Of a DNA stretch of 64,000 bases, positions 28,845-38,984 are shown piece by piece. The notes under the pieces were generated by a model, which saw only the letters and a program-made list of their open reading frames with translations, did not search any database and was not told the origin of the DNA. The stretch's first letter is position 1, and each line of letters opens with the position of its first letter. The DNA lies in the sequence record OR413581.1; one strand, 5' to 3'. The position numbers and the translations under genes were made by a program.

Positions 28845-29147
28845 ATGGTAAAGTTCATTGTTGTCAATATGGATTTTGAGCGTAGTGTGCGTTTTCGCTT
28901 TGAGTTACCTGAAAACAAAGCGACTGAAGCTTTCTTAGCCGACTTCCACAAAGCCAAAACAGCGATCAGTCATGGACGTCGCTGGCAAATCTTCTATAAC
29001 GCCCGTAAAGGCCTCCTGAAGGCGTTAAAAGCAGCAAAGGATACAAAGGTATTGGAAAAGCTAGAACCTTTCCAGAACGACCCTCTGGCGATTGGTATCA
29101 TGCTCGACGAACTGGTTAATAAACCCAAAGCTGCTGCAGAAGATTAA
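28845..29147 (+). CDS. small hypothetical protein
   Basis: 100 aa, RBS GAGG. Confidence 0.7.
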   Translation: MVKFIVVNMDFERSVRFRFELPENKATEAFLADFHKAKTAISHGRRWQIFYNARKGLLKALKAAKDTKVLEKLEPFQNDPLAIGIMLDELVNKPKAAAED

Positions 29148-29207
29148 AAAAGAAAAGGTACCTCTCCCCGAAGGGAGAGGTAAACCTTATTTCTTTTTTC
29201 TTTTTTT
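29146..29207. terminator. bidirectional terminator between convergent genes
   Basis: TACCTCTCCC-CGAA-GGGAGAGGTA flanked by A-tract and T-tract. Confidence 0.88.
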
Positions 29208-29209
29208 GT

Positions 29210-31954
29210 TTAGAGGACGTTGTCTGGGTTGTCGTCGGTAGTTCCTTCACCGCCTTCTGTGCCTTCCGTTCCCTCGGTAGTTGTTTCCGTGGTTTCGGTC
29301 GACTCAGTAGTTTCCTCTGTACTATCACCACCGGTGCCGTTATCCGTATCGAGATCGAGGTCTAAATCATCGTCACCCCCACCGCCGAGATCCCCATCAC
29401 CACCACCAGTGTCACCGCTCGCATCAAAACCACCACCGAATCCGCCGGAAGCATCATTAGGATCAAGGTCGGCATTCTTCGCTAACGTTTCCAGTCGCCC
29501 GGTGAAACGTTTCGCCAATTGAATCAGCGTTTTCGAAGCAGCCATCGCTTCATCAGCCATCATGGTGATGTTGTCCTGACGAGAATCATCGTCGTAAACC
29601 AGATCGAAGAAGTCAGTTTCAATGCCTTGTTTACGCAGCCAGTTGCGCGTATAGAAGGACTTGATCATCGTCTTCAGATCGTTCGGGTCCATCGAGATGC
29701 CTTCTTGCTGGAGTTGCGCAGCAATGTCATCCGTTACAACCAGATCAGCCAGCTTCTCAAAGAACTCCGTACGTTTATCGAACAGCTCCATCTGCGAAGC
29801 TGCTGCAGAGGTGTCTGGCGGTGGTAAGGTTACTTTCATACCGTTGATAAACGCAGCCAGGTACTCAGAGACCTTTTTCGTAATCTGGTCAGTAGTCATC
29901 CCATTACCGTTAGCGTTGATGTACTCTGCAATGATTTTAATCATCGCTGATTGCAACGACGGAGAGGCCAACATCCCATTAACTACGTAACGTGTCAGTG
30001 GCTTAGAGAGAATCTCTTGCTTCTTAACAACCTGCTGGGTGACCAGTAACGATTTAGAGAAGATCTGTGAAGCAAACTCGATGTTCTCGGGGGTCATTAC
30101 CAGGTCAGGGTCAACACCTGCGATGTGGCAAGTACGACGTAACAGACCTTCGTCGAAATCCTTATCCGGGTATTTATAATCCGGCGTAGTATCCGACACA
30201 GACACTTTGGTACTACCGTAGTAGTCGTTACCAATAACGTTAAACGCAATACCTGCGTTTGTCGTCATTGCCCAGGTGTCGTTCATGTCCCCCCACATCG
30301 GTTGACGACGGTTATAGGAGTTCATGATGTCTGTTTTCAGCTGGTCAATTGTTTTCTGACCGTTCATGTCGTCTGGTGCCAACTCAATGTCGTACTGCAT
30401 GTGACGTGCAGAGTTCAGCACCGCAGAGTTCATGGTAGCGAACAACAGCGCCATACGGACAGTAGAGATAACGAACGAGCGTTCGGTAATAGATACACCG
30501 ATACCATCTTCATCAAAGTCCGTGGCAAAATAGCAAAGGTTTTCCGCAGGAATATAAATAACCTGCGTATGACGTTTTGCCAGATGGCGCGCCAGCATGA
30601 TACGGCTGAACGTTTCGGTTACTGTCATGCTAATCTCAGCACCACCCAACGCCTCACCCAACGCTTTTGTCAGCTGGTCTTCAGCAATCTCACCATAACG
30701 CGCTGTTAAGCGGTTAGCAATGTCTGGTGTGATTCGGGTTGTGTTGCCCATCCCCAGATTCGCGCGGTTGATTGTCGAATCTACCATACCGTCGTTGTTC
30801 AGGTAGTTCATGAAGTTCGCATCCCCGTAAAGTGTGGAACGCGAGTTAATGAAGTTACCCATTTCGTCAACGATGGCCAGATAACCTATGGGGTTACGAA
30901 CATCGTCACCGATAACGAGTGGGAGTGTGGACTCTGCTGGCAGTAATCGTTCCGTGTATTCGATTTTGTTGGCATCGGAGAAACTCATCTTCGGTACTTC
31001 GCCGTAAAGCTTTTGCTCAGGCGTTTTCTGGTACGCTTCGTTGAGGTCGCCGATGTTGATTAAACCGAGTTTTGCCTTCTCTTGTTCGCTGTCTGTGAAC
31101 TGGTCAGCGTTATACTCTGACGCACCTGTCGGCGTAGAAGGTTGTTCATATGCGTACTGCTCTAACTGACCGAACAGGCCGGTGCGAGCATTCTCCTGTG
31201 CCACACGGCGATAAGCCTCTGGTAGCAGGGTAATACGCGGGTTGTCGGTGATAACGATATCCAGGGAAGCTAACATACCGTCTGCTTTAAACGGACTGTT
31301 AGGGGCTGCTGCAAAGTTAAGTTTAATGGTTTGTGGCTTGGTGGGCTTGTCAGCGCCACGTGCACGACCCAGAATACTTTCTACACCAACCTTCGGTTTG
31401 TTTTCACCGCCAATCTTGCCCAGGATACCCAACTGACGTTCAAAGAAGTCAGATTGGCTACGGCGCAACGATTCGGTTGCAACAGACGGCTTTAAGCCGA
31501 AGAGTTCATCGAATCCGGTATCTGAAATCAGCAACACCGGGCTCGCGCCTTTGGATTTCAGTGCATCGTAAATCCACTGATACAGTTTGTTGGGTAACTG
31601 GCGCGTGTGGTCATGGAATTCACGCACAGGTTCCAACAACTGTTGACGCAGGTCGATCGGGATATCAGCCACGTTGTCGTAAATCAGCGTGGTGTTAATC
31701 AAATCTTTTGTGGACAGGAGTGAGGAGGTCGCGATGGTAACAATGACCTCTAACTCAGGGAGCGCATCAAAGATACGTTCGGCATTTTTAACGGTGCGAA
31801 TGCGGCTACTCGCAATGCCCGTGAGTTCTGTACGGGTTGGTGTAACGCCGCCATCTTCACGCTTACCGCGTTGCTGCTGAGCCGACGGGCTCGTGGACTT
31901 ACGCAGTATGGCAGCTACCGCGGGGTCGCCCGTTAATTTACTAATATCTTCCAT
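29210..31954 (-). CDS. portal protein precursor (phiKZ gp129/SPN3US gp81-like)
   Basis: 914 aa; ATE-161 cleavage motif; acidic Gly/Thr/Glu C-terminal tail; divergent orientation typical of the family. Confidence 0.82.
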   Translation of the reverse strand: MEDISKLTGDPAVAAILRKSTSPSAQQQRGKREDGGVTPTRTELTGIASSRIRTVKNAERIFDALPELEVIVTIATSSLLSTKDLINTTLIYDNVADIPIDLRQQLLEPVREFHDHTRQLPNKLYQWIYDALKSKGASPVLLISDTGFDELFGLKPSVATESLRRSQSDFFERQLGILGKIGGENKPKVGVESILGRARGADKPTKPQTIKLNFAAAPNSPFKADGMLASLDIVITDNPRITLLPEAYRRVAQENARTGLFGQLEQYAYEQPSTPTGASEYNADQFTDSEQEKAKLGLINIGDLNEAYQKTPEQKLYGEVPKMSFSDANKIEYTERLLPAESTLPLVIGDDVRNPIGYLAIVDEMGNFINSRSTLYGDANFMNYLNNDGMVDSTINRANLGMGNTTRITPDIANRLTARYGEIAEDQLTKALGEALGGAEISMTVTETFSRIMLARHLAKRHTQVIYIPAENLCYFATDFDEDGIGVSITERSFVISTVRMALLFATMNSAVLNSARHMQYDIELAPDDMNGQKTIDQLKTDIMNSYNRRQPMWGDMNDTWAMTTNAGIAFNVIGNDYYGSTKVSVSDTTPDYKYPDKDFDEGLLRRTCHIAGVDPDLVMTPENIEFASQIFSKSLLVTQQVVKKQEILSKPLTRYVVNGMLASPSLQSAMIKIIAEYINANGNGMTTDQITKKVSEYLAAFINGMKVTLPPPDTSAAASQMELFDKRTEFFEKLADLVVTDDIAAQLQQEGISMDPNDLKTMIKSFYTRNWLRKQGIETDFFDLVYDDDSRQDNITMMADEAMAASKTLIQLAKRFTGRLETLAKNADLDPNDASGGFGGGFDASGDTGGGDGDLGGGGDDDLDLDLDTDNGTGGDSTEETTESTETTETTTEGTEGTEGGEGTTDDNPDNVL

Positions 31955-31965
31955 TGGGGTCTCCG

Positions 31966-34149
31966 ATGCAGAGATTTAACATTTTTCGTGACCAGGCTAT
32001 CCAGTTAGCGAAATCCCTGATTGTCAAATCAGAGAGCATCGCACAACAGATGAACCTGGCAATAACCAAAAACGGCGGTTTCGTTTCCGAGAACCGTGAG
32101 ACGTGGCGGTATTACCTACACTTAGCAGGTAAACGACATGCAATCGACAAGCCGATATACATTACGTCACTCGACACGCAAGAGCAGATAGAGTTAACGA
32201 CGCAGAACCTCTCCCGTCATAAAAAGACCTCAAACGTATATCGTTCTAACCCGGAGTATATCGACGACTTAATCGCCGAGTATCCGGACTACGCAGTATA
32301 CATTCGCGGCACTTTCAATCCGATTGATATTGCATACGCGATACGTGTCGATGACTGCTCAATTTTGTATTACGATCCTGCTTTAGTTGAACCGCAGGAG
32401 ACGTCGTTAATTACACATATTGAGAACTTTATTCGTGCAGCACATGTGCGGTTCATGGCCGATGGCTGGAAAGTTCACAACGACTGTTTCGTACTGGCCT
32501 TTTACATGCAGCAGTACCCGGTGTGGCCGGGGCTTATCATGTACATCCGCAAACGGTTACAGTTTACGACCGAAACGCACTCCTACTACGTGACCGAGTT
32601 CTTGGCTTCACACCAAGAACTGCACGAGTTCATGCCGTACCTGACCCTCAAGCAGAAATTCACACTGTATCGCAATATCCGTTACTGGGAACGTAACTCT
32701 GGTAAGGAAGAAATCTTTACCTGGATGATTGACACCCTGCTGACGGGTTGGGGTATGCCTGCTGTTGGATATAAGGTCGCCCAGCAGATTCACGACCCGA
32801 CGACGGGCAGTGACGATGACCTGACACCACTCCCGATCGGCTACCAGTCATCGCTTAACTATACTGAACGTGACTCGGGCCGTGACCTGGACATTGTTAG
32901 CACAACTGACATCATCCAGAAAGAAATCAATCTGGCGTACAATAACCCAGTGCACGAACCTGACTATCAGGAAGACCTCGATCGGCGTTTGAGCTTGACG
33001 CAGTATCCGAACCTACCAACGAAGTTAGTTGAGGTAACGGCGATTGACCCAGAGGCCATCGAACGTTGGGAATTTATGCATGGCTTGTTCAACGAGTGGA
33101 TGCATATCGTGGCACGTGGACAGTACAACATTTACCACGAAATTCTTAACCCAACGAACGGGGATACGCTAAAGCTCACTTCAAAAGAGCTGCTGGCACT
33201 GTTCTTGTATGCGAGCTTCAAAGGTTATTCGGGTGTAGCACTGGATAAAATCCCGGTGTGGAACGTGTTTGGTGTGCTAATCAAACGCTGGGTTGGTTTT
33301 GATGAGATGGAGCAGCATCTGCCAAGCTCATGGCCCGGCCGTTTTAATGCGTTGATTAACTATTACACGGACACGCATCATGAAGTTATCGGTAATTTGA
33401 TGTCTGCAGATGAGTTGTACGATGAAATTAGCGAAATCATGGTGCAGAAGCGTCGTCGTTACCGTTACTCGTATAATCGACACAAGCTAGCCGACCGTGC
33501 TGCCGGCACAATGCTGTTTACCTACCACTACCGTGACTATAAGTGCGATCTTGACTTACCTTACCGCGATTACGACGAGTTCTTCAAAACGTTTGGTTTT
33601 GATTACGAGTTAGTCTCCGCGGAAACCTGGCAGGACATCGCCACTGACGCTCTAAACGTGGCCACTAATCTGGAAACACGTGCGTCTGTCTCACAAGCTG
33701 AAATACAACGCGCGATGGTGCGGTTAATGACGAAACTCTCGTCGTATACTGTCCATTTTGCCGCACGTATGGGTTCTGACACCTACGATGTCACCGACCC
33801 AGTCATCCCGATTCTGGATGATATTCTCACAGAGGCTGCCGATACAACAAATATCATTTACCCTCTGACAGACGTGCAGCGTGTGAGCCGTAGTTCATTC
33901 ATGACGACGGATAAACCCATCCCTGTCGCTCCCGTGATAAAGGAAATGGCAATCCCGCAACGTATTAAGTTGCGGATGAATGTCTACCCTGGTATCCGTG
34001 TGAAGGTCGAGCAGGATGTTGTGGTCGATATGGTACAGCCGTCTATCGACGTTGTCCGTGTGCGTACGTCATTTGAGGAGTGGACGCTTGCCGAGCGCGT
34101 AGCCGACCGTGACATGGATGGCTTCCGGCTAGACCAATTACCAAAGTGA
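31966..34149 (+). CDS. virion structural protein (baseplate, phiKZ gp128-like)
   Basis: 727 aa from ATG 31966; WRYYLHLAG motif; synteny with portal. Confidence 0.65.
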   Translation: MQRFNIFRDQAIQLAKSLIVKSESIAQQMNLAITKNGGFVSENRETWRYYLHLAGKRHAIDKPIYITSLDTQEQIELTTQNLSRHKKTSNVYRSNPEYIDDLIAEYPDYAVYIRGTFNPIDIAYAIRVDDCSILYYDPALVEPQETSLITHIENFIRAAHVRFMADGWKVHNDCFVLAFYMQQYPVWPGLIMYIRKRLQFTTETHSYYVTEFLASHQELHEFMPYLTLKQKFTLYRNIRYWERNSGKEEIFTWMIDTLLTGWGMPAVGYKVAQQIHDPTTGSDDDLTPLPIGYQSSLNYTERDSGRDLDIVSTTDIIQKEINLAYNNPVHEPDYQEDLDRRLSLTQYPNLPTKLVEVTAIDPEAIERWEFMHGLFNEWMHIVARGQYNIYHEILNPTNGDTLKLTSKELLALFLYASFKGYSGVALDKIPVWNVFGVLIKRWVGFDEMEQHLPSSWPGRFNALINYYTDTHHEVIGNLMSADELYDEISEIMVQKRRRYRYSYNRHKLADRAAGTMLFTYHYRDYKCDLDLPYRDYDEFFKTFGFDYELVSAETWQDIATDALNVATNLETRASVSQAEIQRAMVRLMTKLSSYTVHFAARMGSDTYDVTDPVIPILDDILTEAADTTNIIYPLTDVQRVSRSSFMTTDKPIPVAPVIKEMAIPQRIKLRMNVYPGIRVKVEQDVVVDMVQPSIDVVRVRTSFEEWTLAERVADRDMDGFRLDQLPK

Positions 34150-34156
34150 GAGACTT

Positions 34157-34684
34157 ATGGGATACCGTATAGATTTATCAAAAACCCCGAAACAGATTCT
34201 GGTTGAGAGAATCAATTACGTTTTTAAGTTATCGTATAGTGAAAATAACTACGAGTTTAACCCACGTGGGGTGTGGCCGTTGACCCAAGCAGAGCGACGC
34301 GCTAAAGGTGTGGAGTCTAAAGTTGCGGCGCGCTTTGTAAATGGGGTACACGGCACTCAAGAGTTTTACCTGACTCGCGCGGACTTAAACAAGTTACTTA
34401 AAGACGTAACGGTTGAAGTCCCGAAGGGTGCGGCGGAATGGAGCCATGAATTAGTTCCGTATATTGTCGATGAGCTGGGTCTCCAGCTTGACACCTACGA
34501 CATCATGGTTGAACCGATTACCCCAGAAATGGAATCGTATGAGGCGCGCTTAATCCCGCACCATCTATCTTTCAAAGGCACGATTGCGATTACTTTTGTT
34601 GACCCAACTCCCCGTAAGCTGGCGCAGCTGGTAACTAAACGGGCACTCGACGGGTTTCGCCCAGGAGAATTTTTAAATGGCTAA
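34157..34684 (+). CDS. virion protein, tail-associated paralog family
   Basis: 175 aa; N-terminal DLSKTPKQILVERIN similar to ORFs at 38985 and 58090. Confidence 0.6.
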   Translation: MGYRIDLSKTPKQILVERINYVFKLSYSENNYEFNPRGVWPLTQAERRAKGVESKVAARFVNGVHGTQEFYLTRADLNKLLKDVTVEVPKGAAEWSHELVPYIVDELGLQLDTYDIMVEPITPEMESYEARLIPHHLSFKGTIAITFVDPTPRKLAQLVTKRALDGFRPGEFLNG

Positions 34685-35564
34685 CACCAAAGTTTACGAT
34701 GGTAAACTGTCAACAGTGACTCTTAACGCGATGCGACTTACGACCGCGTTATTGACAGGTGCTGACGTGCAGTACCCACAGAAATCCACGATGAACGAGT
34801 TTTATAAACTCATGACCTCGAAAGTTCCCGATGGCGCTACACGTCCGCATTTAGGATACATGTGCGTGGGTAACCGTGGTCACATCGTTGATCAGTCTGA
34901 TGTTGTGGCAGACGTTGTTCCCGTCGCGAAATCCCCGATTGCGTCAGGGATGTTCTCGCGCGTTCCATTGGTACTGCGTACGTTGGATAATGACTTGTCT
35001 GATGAACAACGTAAACAGTACGCTTTCCGTACTCGTGAAACTATCGGCGCGCGGGATTACTGGGCGTATTATCTGAAACGTATCGACATGCGCGCAGTGA
35101 AGACCACTGACCTGGACATCACTCGCGAAAACGGCATCGAAACCGTCAAAGATTTCGTCTATACCGATGCGGAACTGAACCCGGTACCGAAAGAACTCCC
35201 AGACTACGATTACGACGATGATGGCACTGTAGAGATCCCCGACGGTCGTTATGTTGAATCGGGCGCAGACCTGGTGATTCCATGGACTGAGTTTGATGTT
35301 CAGGAATACATGAACGTGACGGCGATTCTACGTGGTACGCCACGCAGTTCGATTATCTCTGAAATTGCGCTGTGCTCTGGCGTTGATACCCCTGAAACGG
35401 GTGAGTCGGCTACCGGTTCACAGTTCAGCTACGACGAAGCTATCGGTGTGCAGGCGTTGTACTACATCTCCCTGTTCACTAACCTGGCACAGACCAACGA
35501 TCGTCTGTCACTGACCATCCGTATCGGCCAGCCGGCACCGTGGTTCTTAGGGACAGCTAACTGA
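34677..35564 (+). CDS. virion structural protein (baseplate/tail)
   Basis: 295 aa; YMCVGNRGH, FSRVPLVLR, ISEIALCSG motifs; synteny. Confidence 0.6.
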   Translation: MANTKVYDGKLSTVTLNAMRLTTALLTGADVQYPQKSTMNEFYKLMTSKVPDGATRPHLGYMCVGNRGHIVDQSDVVADVVPVAKSPIASGMFSRVPLVLRTLDNDLSDEQRKQYAFRTRETIGARDYWAYYLKRIDMRAVKTTDLDITRENGIETVKDFVYTDAELNPVPKELPDYDYDDDGTVEIPDGRYVESGADLVIPWTEFDVQEYMNVTAILRGTPRSSIISEIALCSGVDTPETGESATGSQFSYDEAIGVQALYYISLFTNLAQTNDRLSLTIRIGQPAPWFLGTAN

Positions 35565-36214
35565 TGCTGATTCCTGAGCCGAGGTTACCCGACAGTATGG
35601 TGAGGATTGCGGCTGTTGACCCCGGTACTGCCCATCTTGGGATGGCGGTTATCGACTGGGAATTTGGCCAACCTCAAGGTGAAGTTGTCTGGGCGGGCAC
35701 GGCTCATGTTGCGGACCCTACGCACAATGGCTCTTTTGGTGAGTGCGTAGGGAAACGCGATGCGCGTTTGGTAGAATTAGAAGAACGCTTTCGTGAGTTT
35801 TTAAAACTGGCAAGGCCAACTTTTGTCGCTACCGAAACTCCGTTCATGCGAAGAGCTAAGCTCTCAGCGTACGAATCTGGGGTGGAATTGCAACTGATGT
35901 TGCGGCGAACGCTTTGGGACGTGTTTCCCGAAAAATATCTCCATGGGTTTAATCCTATTATTGTGAAGTCGTACGTTGGTGTGGAAGCAAAGGGTACAGA
36001 TAAATCGCATATGCAGCAAGCGGTTACCAAGCTCTACGCTAACCATACCCGGTGCGACTTATCGGTATTGGATGAACACAGTATCGATGCCGTGGCGGTG
36101 GGTAATATCTTCGTCAGGGTCAACTTATTAAACCTAAATAGTCTCCTTCCGCCCAAGGTTAAAGTTCCTAAAGCTAAGGCTGGTAAGCGGAAAGGAAGAC
36201 GCCGGAGGAAATAG
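35564..36214 (+). CDS. ruvC: RuvC-like Holliday junction resolvase
   Basis: AVDPGTAHLG, ATETPF, KSYVG..TDK..M, EHSIDAVAVG acidic tetrad pattern. Confidence 0.88.
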   Translation: MLIPEPRLPDSMVRIAAVDPGTAHLGMAVIDWEFGQPQGEVVWAGTAHVADPTHNGSFGECVGKRDARLVELEERFREFLKLARPTFVATETPFMRRAKLSAYESGVELQLMLRRTLWDVFPEKYLHGFNPIIVKSYVGVEAKGTDKSHMQQAVTKLYANHTRCDLSVLDEHSIDAVAVGNIFVRVNLLNLNSLLPPKVKVPKAKAGKRKGRRRRK

Positions 36215-36216
36215 CG

Positions 36217-36789
36217 ATGTCGCAGTCTTTGCAAGAAGCCTCGACGGATGTGTTGGATGTTCTTATCCAGGCGGGCACCAATAAATTAAGCCTGGAAGAG
36301 AGTAAACGACTAAAAACAGCCGCCCAGACCGCCTTGGGAAGTGATGTTGAAATTGATGTCACTAAACCTGCTAACGTGATTCTTACTTCTTTACGCCCCC
36401 TCATCCTTGAGCAGGTGGGGAACATGGCGAAAACGTTTGAATCGCAAGCAAAAGCCGCAGTAGAAAGCATGGATGAAAAGCTCGCCAAAGAAACGTTATT
36501 GACCCTGTGGCCAAATTTGAAAGGTCCGCAGAAAGTCCTTATCGTTTTGTTGGTGCTGACCACTGTGGTGATTACTGGCGCGATGGCCTGGGACACGCAC
36601 CTGCATTATCCACAGGAGTTAACGGATGTGCTGATTGTGGCGCTCTTACCTTTGTTTGCTCAGGCCGTGTTCTTTACATGGCCGATTAAGACACTTGCTT
36701 ACAATTCGATGGCCATTGGTGCCAAGGTTGTTGAATACAAGCTGAATAAGAGCAACGCGAAGCAACAGACTACCGCACCTAAAGAGTAA
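36217..36789 (+). CDS. two-TM membrane protein (holin-like topology, unproven)
   Basis: 190 aa; hydrophobic VLIVLLVLTTVVITGAMAW and VLIVALLPLFAQAVFFTW. Confidence 0.65.
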   Translation: MSQSLQEASTDVLDVLIQAGTNKLSLEESKRLKTAAQTALGSDVEIDVTKPANVILTSLRPLILEQVGNMAKTFESQAKAAVESMDEKLAKETLLTLWPNLKGPQKVLIVLLVLTTVVITGAMAWDTHLHYPQELTDVLIVALLPLFAQAVFFTWPIKTLAYNSMAIGAKVVEYKLNKSNAKQQTTAPKE

Positions 36790-36791
36790 TT

Positions 36792-36835
36792 AAGCCCTCT
36801 TCTCCTCCTGGAGAAGAGGCTTCTTATTTTTTTTT
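36792..36835 (+). terminator. intrinsic terminator
   Basis: CCTCTTCTCC-TCCT-GGAGAAGAGG plus T-tract. Confidence 0.85.
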
Positions 36836-36836
36836 A

Positions 36837-36859
36837 TTACGTCTACGTAAATTACTGTG
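36837..36859 (+). promoter_or_regulatory. bipartite promoter candidate TTAC-N15-TGTG
   Basis: TTAC 36837-40, TGTG 36856-59. Confidence 0.55.
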
Positions 36860-36886
36860 TAAGCACGGCCCAAAAGGAATATAAAA

Positions 36887-37525
36887 ATGCAATTACAATT
36901 TCGTCAACGGTCTGTACTACTACCGTTTAGCGCTATATTAGGTTCGTTTACCAAAATGCTGTCTGTGGATTTTACTGCAGCTGAGAAAGAAGCGCTGTTA
37001 TTGGCGGCAGTCGAAGAAGTATTGTGGGAGGCGTTTTACGTAGTGCCGTTTCGTAGCTGCTTAAACGCCCCGTATGTTGAAGGGCAGTTTGTCAGCGCGC
37101 TTTCCGCTGCGATTACCAAACGTAAACTAAATGCCATGGCGCATGTCAAAGAGATCACCGCGCAACGAGGACGGATATTCGCTACCATCAGAAATGTGTT
37201 AATTAAAGAAGGGTTTCTTGCAGATGCGTTAGGTCCCGAGGTTCCTTGGGAACCGGGTCATCCACCGCGTCAGTTTGACCACGGGTACAAGTTAAGTATA
37301 ATTATGCCACGCGGTAAGCGTGACGTCTCATTGGGGAAATGGTTACAGATAAGTTGGGTTCGTCCTACTATCGATTGGCAAGAAATGTCGGTCAATCGCT
37401 ATCTGGAACACCTGGCAAAAACACCGGCACAGTTTCACCGTTCAACAATCCTGCCGCTACACTTGCTGTTAAAACCGTCCCTGTCATTGGCAGAAGCCAG
37501 ATACCTGCTTAGTGGAGAGAAGTGA
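36887..37525 (+). CDS. hypothetical protein
   Basis: 212 aa, RBS AAGGA. Confidence 0.75.
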   Translation: MQLQFRQRSVLLPFSAILGSFTKMLSVDFTAAEKEALLLAAVEEVLWEAFYVVPFRSCLNAPYVEGQFVSALSAAITKRKLNAMAHVKEITAQRGRIFATIRNVLIKEGFLADALGPEVPWEPGHPPRQFDHGYKLSIIMPRGKRDVSLGKWLQISWVRPTIDWQEMSVNRYLEHLAKTPAQFHRSTILPLHLLLKPSLSLAEARYLLSGEK

Positions 37526-38007
37526 TGCTTGTTATTAATGTGGTCGAGGATAAGATTCCCGCGAACGTCTATCCTGAACTGGTTGAATGGGTGCGCGACT
37601 TAAACAGTATCCGCGAGGAGCCTATTAAACTCACGATGTTTGTTGAGGATGATATCGTGCGGGGAATCATGGCATGGGAACCTGGCCATTTGGTCTATAT
37701 GGTTGTGCCCGAGGAATCGCGACGCGGCGGCGTCGGCAGATTTATGCTTAAGTATCTTCAGCAGAACTCCGATCGTAAACACATCAGCTGTCGTGTTCAC
37801 CCGACCAACATTCCCGCGCTAGGATTCTTTCACCAACAAGGCTTCCAGATTGACCGATGGTATATTGCTGCTGACGGCCAACGGTATTTTCGTATGACGA
37901 ACTACAATGTTATTTCGTCACACACGCCGCCGGAGGAAAAGCTTTTAACTCATTACGCTGAAAGCGTTCCCATTTTTCTTTCGATGGCAGAAGGTCATTT
38001 CGTCTAA
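37522..38007 (+). CDS. GNAT-family N-acetyltransferase
   Basis: VVPEESRRGGVGRFML (motif A) and NIPALGFFHQQGF (motif B). Confidence 0.85.
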   Translation: MMLVINVVEDKIPANVYPELVEWVRDLNSIREEPIKLTMFVEDDIVRGIMAWEPGHLVYMVVPEESRRGGVGRFMLKYLQQNSDRKHISCRVHPTNIPALGFFHQQGFQIDRWYIAADGQRYFRMTNYNVISSHTPPEEKLLTHYAESVPIFLSMAEGHFV

Positions 38008-38024
38008 ACGAGCGAGAGTGTATA

Positions 38025-38501
38025 ATGATACGTGTTGCTTACGAAACACGAGATACGGATGGAACCCGTATAAACGTCATCCGCCGTGTGGAGCTTGTTC
38101 CTCAGCATGAACTGAATATTGCAGACAGTTCTCTTAGGGGCACTCCTGTTAAGATTCTGAATCTTACGAGATGTTCTTTTCATCACAGTAAGACATCACC
38201 AGCAATACGGTCCAGTAAAAGAAAAAGTTATGCCGATTTAAAACGTCGGTTGTCCCGGCATTTTCGTCGGAGTGCCTGGAAGGCTTTAGTTGAGGTTTTG
38301 GTCGACGAGCACCTTATCCAGAGGTTGGAGTGGGAAGAAGTTCTCAAGGAAGCGGGCTATCCAACAAAACCTTTCTCTTATCACTGGCATCACTTCAAAA
38401 AACAGTTCCATGATGCCTTACAGGTATCGCCAAACACCCGCAACATGATTCACCGTTTGGAGAAAATGGACTGGCTTCTACCCTATCTGGAAGAGGACTA
38501 G
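38025..38501 (+). CDS. basic hypothetical protein
   Basis: 158 aa. Confidence 0.65.
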   Translation: MIRVAYETRDTDGTRINVIRRVELVPQHELNIADSSLRGTPVKILNLTRCSFHHSKTSPAIRSSKRKSYADLKRRLSRHFRRSAWKALVEVLVDEHLIQRLEWEEVLKEAGYPTKPFSYHWHHFKKQFHDALQVSPNTRNMIHRLEKMDWLLPYLEED

Positions 38502-38503
38502 AT

Positions 38504-38893
38504 ATGATGCGTGCTGTATTAGCTGTGTTTATAGTCTGCGTTACTGCGCCAGTAAACGCCTTTACCATTCAGGACTTCCCGCAGTATAAACCGATGTGGG
38601 AAACCGACGCACCTGTAAAATTTAGCGACAAAGATGAACCAGTCGTGACAGTGGTGAAGGGTGAGTTTGCCGTGGTCAACTACGGGCGTTCTGAACTGTG
38701 TCCGGGCGGTGGCTTTTATCTCGTTAACACAAAGCGCAAGACGTACCAGCCAATAGATGCCGGTACGTGTTCGCCGAAAGTTAAAGCGACAATTGTCCCG
38801 TCAGTACGAACACACCGCAGCGTTAATACCCACCAGTTAACTTTTTGGGTAGGTAAAGAAATTTCCGCGCGGTATCCTTTGTACGATTATTAA
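38504..38893 (+). CDS. secreted/periplasmic protein with signal peptide and two Cys
   Basis: MMRAVLAVFIVCVTAPVNA signal ending V-N-A; mature CPGGGF...GTC. Confidence 0.7.
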   Translation: MMRAVLAVFIVCVTAPVNAFTIQDFPQYKPMWETDAPVKFSDKDEPVVTVVKGEFAVVNYGRSELCPGGGFYLVNTKRKTYQPIDAGTCSPKVKATIVPSVRTHRSVNTHQLTFWVGKEISARYPLYDY

Positions 38894-38900
38894 ACACAGC

Positions 38901-38937
38901 GTATAGGGGCTTCGGCCCCTATACTGTTTATTATTTT
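38901..38937 (+). terminator. intrinsic terminator
   Basis: GTATAGGGGC-TTCG-GCCCCTATAC plus T-rich tail. Confidence 0.85.
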
Positions 38938-38984
38938 CCTGTGAAGTATTATGACCCCCCTTAATCAAATACCAGGAGCGAGGC

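Noticed and set aside
22940-29420. Gly-rich and Thr/Glu-rich low-complexity tracts (MCP tail, 26807 linker, portal tail) as DNA repeats
   Set aside because: Protein-level low complexity without exact nucleotide periodicity.
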